Positions 54,717-64,000 of a stretch of DNA of 64,000 nt are shown here, piece after piece. The notes beneath the pieces are model-generated. The model was not told where the DNA came from. It ran no database searches and saw nothing but the letters and a program-made list of their open reading frames with translations. This stretch comes from Octopus sinensis (lineage: Eukaryota): positions 7,874,001-7,938,000 of the forward strand of contig NC_043009.1 in the NCBI RefSeq assembly GCF_006345805.1, written 5' to 3'. Positions within the stretch are counted from its first letter, which is position 1. Each line of letters opens with the position of its first letter. The position numbers and the translations under genes were made by a program.

Positions 54717-56562
54717 CTAGAAAAAGAACAGTTGAAGATAATCAAAAGAGATGACTGGTGCAGCAACAATGAGCTTTGACAATGGTAGAAACATCTGGCC
54801 CAGAGTTACAACATTTGACTCAACACAGCTTATGCTGTTGTGTGGGATTTTTGTTATTTACATCAGTGGATGGTCCAAGGCAGCTCTTGTGTTGCAGTGA
54901 AAGGGGCCCAAAGCATATCTACATGCTTGTTTCACTGCCTGATGGAACATCACCTCCTGCCTTCAGAAACAGAGTACAGCAGCACCATCAGTACATAAGT
55001 ATTTACCCTCAATGTAAACTATGCTGACCAAAATACTCTGTAACTCTTATTTTACTGATGCAGGCTTGAGAAAAACTATATTTTGCTGATACTGATAAGG
55101 ATTAGTAAAACTGAAACCTGTCTGTATCTGGTAACATCAGCTTTTTACCCACAAGCATTAAAATTGATTTTGTGTGAAATTGATTCTTAATTTCTTCAAA
55201 TTATCACCCCTTTTCTTTGAGAGTCGTAAACAACTGCCGGTAGAATTTTGTTTTCTTTTCTTTAAAAAGCAAATTTCAAACTTAGAATGGTTTGTGTGTA
55301 ACATTACTTTATCGCCTACCTGAATTGCCTAAATTTATGCTACCAGACTGCTTATTTCCCCTAACTCAGCTTATGCAATCAATTGAAACAGTGTGGAATG
55401 CACACATATGCATTCTCTATCTCTTTCTCTCTAATGAAGCAAATTTCTAATTACTCAGCAAGGCCCAGAAATTTAAATGTAAGGTTGTGAAGTTGTTTCT
55501 CTTCTGAAGGATGTGTTGTCGTTTAATCTCCAGATCAGCTTTGATTAAGCAAACCTTTGATCAATAGTTTTTCTAGATGGGCCACACATTCTATGACTAA
55601 TTATTCAGTGTGTTTGTGATTTGAGGAAGGTTTGGTTGCTATTTCTTATAGTCAAGTGAACTGATTTCAGCTAGGAATCAAAATTGCAAATTCAGTCTCA
55701 CAAGAACTTATAACTAACTCAAATTCCACTGAAATCAACTTTGCTTTTCATCTGTTCAGGGTCAATAAAATACCAGTTCATGGGAAATGGACTGGTGGCT
55801 TTATTGGTGTTGAATGAGATTTCTTGCAGTATCTATCCCTGGCTTGTTGCATTCTAATGGCAGTGCTTCTAACGATAACATGCCAAGCTGTATAAGCCTT
55901 TGTTTTACCCTTGGACTACATTAGTGATATACAAAACTGTTGATCTTACATAAAACAACCTATTCAGGTCTGTACCTTGTAGAGGTACTTTCCAGATGCC
56001 AATCTAATTTTCCCATGAGGCAATTGAAAGATCAAAAATTGCTTTTAAAGAATCAAAGAATAAAATAAATTCAATAACTTATCTCGGGTTTTAGGGATTT
56101 TTTTCTGTGGTTGCCTTATACTTTTTTGCCGATTATCAAATCCTGACTACTTTCAGGGTTTATTTACTATTGATGGTTTCCTTTTCATTTAATCATTATC
56201 ACATTATAAACTTGAGTTTATCAATGATGATAGAGGTCCTTTCCACCACTACCACCCCCTCTTTCTCTACACACACACTCTTCATAATTGATCAGTATTG
56301 AAAGATTAATATATATATATATATAAGAAAATATATTTTGGGATCAATATTCCTTATTCAGCTTTCTATTTCTATCACATGTCATAGAAAATATACTGTA
56401 TTGAAGGAAATGTAGACTAACTTCTCTAAAAGTGACAGTTTTTAGATTAAAAGAGCTTGAAGAGATCATATTGAAGTATGTATATATGTGTAAGTATGTG
56501 TGTGTGTGTGTGTGTGTGTATATATACAAGTCTCTAAATATATATACAAGAACACACACAGA

Positions 56563-56619
<57 letters not shown>

Positions 56620-57016
56620 GTTTTTGTATTTTCTGGTATTTCAAGATATTTCTTCTGTATTCAGTTTTGGAGCAAGATTATTATTATTATTATTATTTGG
56701 TTTATGTTTTTCTCTTTCTTTGTTGAGGTTTAACCTTCACTTTCAAGATTCTTCATGAAATGTTACAAGTAACTAAGCAAACCTGAAAATATCTGTGAAG
56801 AACCACCACTCAATCACGGCCACCACCAAATAACTACACATCTTCATTTACATACATACACACACACACATATACACACATTCATATGCTGACTCACACA
56901 TAAATACTGTTATGTATACACAGTCACACATACATATACAAGAATTCATAGTCATGTATTCACAAGCATATGTACATTATACTTGTACAATCTTGTATGC
57001 CACCCATTTACTCATA

Positions 57017-57132
57017 TTCTCTCTCTCTCTCTCTCTCCCTCCGTCTCTCTCTCTCTCCCTCCGTCTCTCTCTCTCTCCCTCCGTCTCTCTCTCTCTCCGT
57101 CTCTCTCTCTCTCTCTCCCCGTCTCTCTCTCT
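57017..57132. repeat. (CT)n with a higher-order period of about 20 bp (ctccctccgt)
   Basis: Seen directly. Confidence 0.9.
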
Positions 57133-57366
57133 TCCACACGTATTTGCAGGCACATATACACACATTCATTCACCGGCACATGTGCATACATAAATGCAAT
57201 CTTGTGTGCGCACTGGTGCATATACTCTCTCTTGTGCATACCCATATAAATGTATTCATAGACATGGAGAAATGCACACATTTATTCATAAAGACTTGTA
57301 CATACATACACACATGCATATATACATACATACATGCACTAATGTAATCTTGTATAACCACTTATG

Positions 57367-57398
<32 letters not shown>

Positions 57399-57705
57399 AG
57401 TGGTTATACAAGATTGCATTAGTGTATGAATGTATATATGTATGTGTGTGTGTATATATATATACTCACAAATATATATTTAATCACACATGCATGCACA
57501 AATGCAATCCTGTATATGCACTTATGCACACATATTACACGTGCATGTGTTCACACATGCACAAAGATGCAGAAATTTTATCCTGGATATTCACTAACAC
57601 CTGTACTCTCACATACACACCTGTGTTCACACAATGTACGTGCACATCTACACACATATATATAAGCATATGCATGCACCAATGTGCATACACACACACA
57701 CACAC

Positions 57706-57796
57706 TGGCTTCTTTTCTGCTTTTTTCTTTGATGCATCAGAGTCAAGTGCAATGCTATATGATAAAAAGTCAGTATCATATTTGTACAGTGCTCTC
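57706..57796 (-). CDS. Candidate 91-nt exon (RALYKYDTDFLSYSIALDSDASKKKAEKKP)
   Basis: ttctaattatttcattag acceptor, open frame, cca|gtgtgt donor (moderate). Confidence 0.35.
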
Positions 57797-58849
57797 CTAA
57801 TGAAATAATTAGAAACACTCATCATAAACTCTTTTGCTACTTTATTTCATTCCTCTTTTACTTCTTTTGTTGCTCTCTCCCCATTAGTCTCAGAATTCAT
57901 ATCATGTGGAAGACTAACGTCTCAGTAATGCGGCATCATGGTATCAGCATATGCACATGTGTATATATATATATATATATATATAAACATGAACATTCCT
58001 ATGTGTTATGGCACTGCAATATTTTTAAGATGCATTTATATATTTGTGTGTGTGTGTGTAACTTAGAAAATAGAATTATACCCAGCAATTTATTTCAGGT
58101 TGTAGATGACACATTATTGAAATGGACACTAAAGAATATGTTGGCAAGCTAAAAAGAAATTTTTTAAATAATCCTATTCTTTGCTACTGTTATATGCAAC
58201 ATTGCTCAGCTAAAAATGTTAAGTAATCCAACAACAGATTTTTAGATGTAAATGTTGAGATAAGAATGAACATATCTAATGTGATTAGATGCTGTTATTT
58301 TTGTCTAAAACACCAAAGTGCCCAATACACTCTCACAGACAGTTTCGTTTGTGTGTGTATGTGTGTGTTCATTTTCCGTCTGTTTTTTTCTATGCTTGCA
58401 GAGGTTGGATGAACATGTTATTTGAGGCATTGTTTTATAGCCAGATGCCCTTCCTGGTGCTAAACGACATCTGCTTTTCAGGTAAAGGATCATTTATTTT
58501 ACATGGCCTCAAAGGTGTTATGTGCCCAGATGATTTCTTGACAGGATAAACTATCGACAACACAGCTTACCTCAGTTTTGTATAAGCAATTGCAGCTGCT
58601 AACACACATATGCACACATGCATGTGCATACATACACACAGGTATGTATATGTGGTAAGAAGTTTTCTTCCTAACAACATGGTTCTGAGTTCAGTTCCTC
58701 TGTGTGGCACTTTGGTCAAGTGTCTTCTACTATAGCTTCATGCTGACCAAAGACTTGTAAGTAGATTTGGTAGATCGAAACAGAAGAAGCCTATCGTATA
58801 TATATATATATATTTTATTCATTTTAGTCTCTCTATTCATTTCCTCATG

Positions 58850-58890
58850 TTCCTTGCTGTTGATGAGTGTAGGCTCGAAACGTAAAAGAC
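58850..58890 (+). ncRNA. Degenerate minimal hammerhead-like motif (Penelope-type)
   Basis: (t)TGATGAG tgtagg CTC GAAAC GTA with palindromic ACGT in stem III; C3 is missing. Confidence 0.35.
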
Positions 58891-58948
58891 TTTCTCACTT
58901 TTTCGAGTGTCAAACTAATTTTTTTTTATTTTTCTGTAAATTTCAACT

Positions 58949-61623
58949 ATCATCATCATCATCATCATCATTTAGCGTCCGTTTTCCATGCTAGCATGGG
59001 TTGGACGGTTCAACTGGGGTCTGGGGAGCCCGAAGGCTGCACCAGGCCAGTCAGATCTGGCAGTGTTTCTACAGCTGGATGCCCTTCCTAACGCCAACCA
59101 CTCCGAGAGTGTAGTGGGTGATTTTATGTGCCACCGACACAGGTGCCAGACGAGGCTGGCGAACGGCCACGCTCGGATGGGTTTTTATGTGCCACCGACA
59201 CAGGTGCCAGACGAGGCTGGCAGACGGCCACGCTCGGATGGTGTTTTTATGTGCCACCGACACAGGTGCCAGATGAGGCTGGCGGACGGCCACGATCGGA
59301 TGGTGTTTGTTACGTCCCCAAAGCACGGAGGCCAGTCTATGCGGTACTGGCTACGGCCACGTTCGGATGATTTTCTTGTGTGCCACCGGCAATGGTACCA
59401 CAAAGATACAAATTCCATTTATGTTCATCTATTTTGATTTGTTTTGATTTGATTTGATTTTCACTTGCCTCAACAGGTCTTCACAAGTGTCACAAGAAGG
59501 AAGGTATGCACAGGTGGACTGACTACGTCCCAGGTAGGGGCCACGGGTTATGGCCTGACTAGTCTTGCCGCGGGTCTTCGGATGGTGTTTTTATGTGCCA
59601 CCGACACAGGTGCCAGATGAGGCTGGCGAACGGCCACGATCGGATGGTGTTTGTTGCGTGCCCACAGCACGGAGGCCAGTCGATGCGGTACTGGCTACTG
59701 CCACGTTCGGATGGTTTTCTTGTGTGCCACCGGCACTGGTACCACAAAGATACAAATTCCATTGATGTCATCTATTTTGATTTGATTTGATTTGATTTGA
59801 TTTGATTTTCACTTGCCTCAACAGGTCTTCACAAGTGTCACAAAGAAGGAAGGTATGCACAGGTGGACTGACTACGTCCCAAGTAGGGGCCATGGGTTAT
59901 GGCCTGACTAGTCTTGCCGGGTCTTCGGTTGGTGTTTTTATGTGCCACCGACACAGGTGCCAGATGAGGCTGGCGGACGGCCACGATCGGATGGTGTTTG
60001 TTATGTGCCCACATCACAGAGGCCAGTCGATGCGGTACTGGCTACGGCCACGTTCAGATGGTTTTCTTGTGTGCCACCGGTACTGGTACCACAAAGATAC
60101 AAATTCCATTGATGTTCATCTATTTTGATTTGGTTTGATTTGATTTGATTTGATTTTGATTTGATTTTCACTTGCCTCAACAGGTCTACACAAGTGTCAC
60201 ACACTTGCCTCAACAGGTCTTCACAAGTGTCATAAGTAGGAAGGTATGCACAGGTGGACTGACTACGTCGCCGGGTCTTCGGATGGTGTTTTTATGTGCC
60301 ACCGACACAGGTGCCAGATGTGGCTGGCGAACGGCCACGATCGGATGGTTTTCTTGTGCCACCGGTACTGGAACCACAAAGATACAAATTCCATTGATGT
60401 TCATCTATTTTGATTTGGTTTGATTTTCACTTGCCTCAACAGGTCTTCACAAGTGTCACACGTGTCACACACTTGCCTCAACAGGTCTCCACAAGTGTCA
60501 CACACTTGCCTCTGCCTCAACAGGTCTTCACAAAGTGTCACACACTTGCCTCTGCCTCAACAGGTCTTCACAAGTGTCATAAGAGGGAAGGTATGCACAG
60601 GTGGACTGACTACGTCGCCGGGTCTTTGGATGGTGGTTTTTATGTGCCACCGACACAGGTGCCAGATGAGGCTGGCGAACGGCCACGATCAGATGGTGTT
60701 TGTTGTGCCCACAGCACGGAGGCCAGTCGATGCGGTACTGGCTACGGCCACGTTCGGATGGTTTTCTTGTGTGTCACCGGTACTGGAACCACAAAGATAC
60801 AAAATTCCATTGATATTCATCTATTTTGATTTGGTTTGATTTTCCCTTGCCTCAACAGGTCTTCACAAGGGTCACACACTTGCCTCAACAGGTCTCCACA
60901 AGTGTCACACACTTGCCTCTGCCTCAACAGGTCTTCACAAGTGTCACACACTTGCCTCAACCGGTCTTCACAAGTGTCATAAGAGGGAAGGTATGCACAG
61001 GTGGACTGACTACGTCGCCGGGTCTTCGGATGGTGTCTTTATGTGCCACCGGCACAGGTGCCAGATGAGGCTGGCGAACGGCCACGATCGGATGGTGTTG
61101 TTGTGCCCACAGCACGGAGGCCAGTCGATGCGGTACTGGCTACGGCCACGTTTGGGTGGTTTTCTTGTGTGCCACCGGCACTGGTACCACAAAGAATACA
61201 ATTCCACTGATGTTCATCTATTTTGATTTGTTTTGATTTGATTTGATTTTCACTTGCCTCAACAGGTCTTCATAAGTGTCACAAGAAGGAAGGTATGCAC
61301 AGGACTGACTACGTCCCAGGTAGGGGCCACGGGTTATGGCCTGACTAGTCTTGCCGGGTCTTCTCACGCACAGCATACTTCCATAGGTCTCGGTCTCTAG
61401 ACATTTCCTTAGTGAGACCTAAAGTTCGAAGGTCGTGCTTCACCACCTCGTCCCAGGTTTTCCTGGGTCTACCTCTTCCACAGGTTCCCTCAACTGCTAG
61501 GGTGTAGCACTTTTGCACACAACTATCTTCAGCCTTTCTCGTCACATGACCATACCAGCGCAGCCGTCTCTCTTGCACGCCACAGCTGACGCTTCTTAGG
61601 TTCAACTTTTCTCTCAAGGAACT

Positions 61624-61625
<2 letters not shown>
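58949..61625 (-). mobile_element. Young 5'-truncated RTE whose ORF2 end and 3' UTR are tandemly amplified
   Basis: Intact C-terminal frame SLREKL...RLRWYGHV...GRGRPRKTWDEVVKHDL...EKTRQD* (61345-61625), (GAT)n tail at 58949-58971, CpGs retained. Confidence 0.95.
59115..61363. repeat. Hierarchical tandem array: six units of about 340-400 bp with 60-bp, 26-32-bp and (GATTT)n sub-repeats
   Basis: Junction gccgggtcttc|ggatgg at about 59579, 59926, 60280, 60627 and 61026. Confidence 0.95.
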
Positions 61626-61676
<51 letters not shown>

Positions 61677-61782
61677 CACATATACACAAGTAAGCTCATA
61701 AATGCAAAACAAGGTGGAAAATAATAGTAGTTGAATACTGAAGGTAGAGTAATATGCATTTTTATTAAAGCTGCAAAAACAT

Positions 61783-61830
61783 CACAGAACTGTTACTCAG
61801 TTTCATGTTTCCATTTGTTGGACAGTTGTG
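61783..61830 (-). ncRNA. Decayed type I hammerhead ribozyme relic
   Basis: Minus strand reads AACTGT-CCAACAA-ATG GAAA CAT-GAAAC TGA GTA-ACAGTT. Stems I, II and III pair perfectly; the CUGANGA box is mutated. Confidence 0.55.
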
Positions 61831-62284
61831 ATATATATGTGTTTGTGTGTGTGTGTGTTTGTGTATGTGGTGGCTCCCCCCTCCCTATCTTACCAGGTTT
61901 TACAAAAAAAAGTAAATACTGGAGTCGATAAGTTTGACTAAAATTCTTCCAGATGGTGCCCTAGTATGGCCACAGTCTAATGACTTATACGAGTAAAAGA
62001 TAAAAGATGTGTGTAAAACTGTTCTTTCAGTTAACTACCATATCCACTCTAATGCTTTGGTTGGCTCAAAGCTTTAATAAAGATAAGACACTTGTCCAAA
62101 GTGCTGTGCAGTGGAACTGAACCTGAAACCATGTAGCTTGGAAATGAACTTCTCTACCCAACTAACTATCCAGCTGTCCTTCCTTCTGATCTTTTTTTTT
62201 CTTTCCTTAGTTACTTCTGTACCATAGTTTCATGCTGCTATCAAGGAATTTGAACATAGCCATCTTTAGCAGCCTTTTCTCATG

Positions 62285-62668
62285 TTAGTTGAAGCAGAAG
62301 TCAAAGGAGGAGTGTCGTGTAATGAGCTCTTTCAAATGTTGGTATGCATGAATGACATAGTATAGATGGACTGAGAGATAAACTAAGTTATAAGAGGAAT
62401 TAGTTTTAGTGTGCAAGAATGAAGACAGCATTGGTATGGCTGTGTGCTGCATATGGACGATAACAGATAGGTAAAGAAATACCAGGAGAAAGAAACCATG
62501 GAAAAGAAAGACTGAAGTAGACATTGGCAGAAGTGGTAAAAGCTGATTTCAAGTTGTTGAAAATCTCACAAAGGAATGCAATAAATGGCAAAATATTGTG
62601 GGGGGTGGGAAAGGAAGACCTGTTCATGCAAGCATGGAAAAAAAATTGATGTAGGAATGATGATGATT
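62285..62668 (+). mobile_element. Decayed RTE 3' fragment
   Basis: gtgtgcaagaa..ggtatggc, catgcaagcatggaaa, gatgatga tail. Confidence 0.65.
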
Positions 62669-62886
62669 ATGTGTGTGTGTATGAGAGAGATGGACTCTCT
62701 CATTAAGAACAACCTATGAACGTCATCATCATCCTTTAATGTCCATTTTCAGTGCTGGTATGGGTTGGATGGTTTGACAAGATCAAACAAGCTGCAAGGC
62801 TATGACTAGTCTCAGTATCAGCTTTGACATCGTCTCTACAGCCGGCTGTGCTTCCTAACACCAAACACATTATAATGTGTACTGGG

Positions 62887-63186
62887 AGGCACATGGCTTA
62901 GTGGTTAGAGCAGCGGACTTGCAGTCGAGGGACCGCGGGTTCAAATCTCAGACCGGGCAATGTGTATATTTATAAGTGAAACACCTAAGCTCCACGCAGC
63001 TCCAGCAGAAGGTAATGGCGAATTTCTGCTGACTCTCGCCACAACTTTCTCTCATTCTTTCCTCCTGCATCTTGCAGCTCACCTGCGACAGACTGGCGTC
63101 CCGTCCAGGTGGGGAACCTATAGGCCAAGGAAACCGGGAAACTGGCCCTTATGAGCCAGGCATGGCTCAAGAAGGAACAAACAATA
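62887..63186 (+). mobile_element. tRNA-headed SINE with V/Meta-like module and TSD, inserted in an antisense RTE tail
   Basis: tggcttagtggttagag A box, gggttcaaatctc B box, cctgcgacagactggcgtcccgtccagg motif; tgtactggg at 62878-62886 and 63187-63195. Confidence 0.85.
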
Positions 63187-64000
63187 TGTACTGGGTGCTG
63201 TTTATCTTTTTTTCTTTTTTTTTTGTGTCACCAGACTAGTGAGATTGACAAATAAATTGCAAGGCAGAAAAAGAATGGAAAAAGAAAAAAAGCTTCTGCT
63301 ACTCAATTGGGATGGGTGGAGAGTATTTGAGGAAGGAGAGAGATATGCCAACAAATGTTGAAAGGCTAAAGTATGATAGAGGGATAAACACGGGTATCTT
63401 ACTATGGGCATCCAGTTGATCAATCAACTGAATAACCTTCATTCAGTTTTGCATGCGAAGCTACTCAGTTTCACACAGAGTTGGAGTCTGGGCAGTTTGC
63501 CTGCTGGCCAGCTCCATGCCAGCATGGAAAGTGGACGTTAAATGATGATGATGATGTGTACCCTTGATATAGTTTCTCTAGTAGAATCAGTGTGGCACTG
63601 TGTGACTAGGCCTGACCATTGAATTACAGATGCAATCTGTCCTGATGGGCTTTTTTACACAGTTTTATTCACAAGGCTTTGATCAACTCATGGCTTTGAT
63701 AAAAAACATTTGCCCGATATGTGATGCAGTGTGACTGAACCTACAACTTCATGGTTGTGAAACAGACTTTTTAACCATCCAACCATGACTATGTTCTCTG
63801 CCTGCCTCTTTCTCTCTTTCTCTTATGTATATATATATATATATTCCTTCTTTCTGTCAGCCCCTTCACTCTTACTTCATTCATTCCACTCTTCGTTCTT
63901 TCGTTCCCCCTCTCTCGCATTTCCTGGCCTTCTCTTCATGCTCACCTTCCCTCCTCTTTCACTTCACTCTGTCCCTTTCATTTTTTTCTTGCCCCCTCCT

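Noticed and set aside
39087-57796. Naming the minus-strand gene (START-like fold or CABCOCO1/CFAP119-like)
   Set aside because: Resemblance is limited to a few residues and cannot be supported without a search.
59455-59480. Retrozyme hammerhead in the array units (CTGTTGAGGCAAGTGAAA on -, CAGATGAGGCTGGCGAAC on +)
   Set aside because: The unit size fits retrozymes, but the core nucleotides mismatch and stems I and III cannot be formed. A related motif is present in single RTE UTR copies.
59115-61363. CRISPR-like array or repeat-protein gene
   Set aside because: The units repeat in full with no unique spacers, derive from the RTE 3' UTR, and there are no cas genes. The ORFs are incidental.
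62887-62960. tRNA gene (also 9495, 20183 and others)
   Set aside because: A and B boxes are present but continue into SINE bodies with tails and TSDs; no complete acceptor stem.

Overview
AT-rich eukaryotic genomic DNA made up mostly of interspersed repeats, not prokaryotic or viral. The repeat mix matches what I recall for octopus (coleoid cephalopod) genomes: tRNA-headed CORE-type and Nin/Deu-domain SINEs, RTE LINE 3' ends with (GAT)n tails, Tc1/mariner, hAT and piggyBac MITEs, Helitrons, and very long (TA)/(CA) microsatellites. No intact long ORF is present; almost all ORFs in the track are repeat or microsatellite artefacts. In the non-repetitive islands I read two phase-compatible chains of candidate exons that face each other. 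One is on the + strand and ends at a terminal exon at 22497-22739. The other is on the - strand, is made of 22-91 nt exons between about 58.6 kb and 39.1 kb, and cannot be named. Most notable structures: (1) a four-patch templated insertion at 15.6-15.9 kb whose longest patch is an inverted copy over a predicted splice donor; (2) a young RTE whose ORF2 end and 3' UTR have been amplified into a six-unit hierarchical tandem array (59.1-61.4 kb); (3) a head-to-tail Helitron concatemer with decayed Rep N-terminal coding sequence (41.8-45.3 kb); (4) three decayed type I hammerhead ribozyme relics; (5) several long fold-back structures; (6) a 3.1 kb TA/TATG tract. I found no convincing new multi-gene system. 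All identifications are by eye and from recalled family motifs, with no database search.
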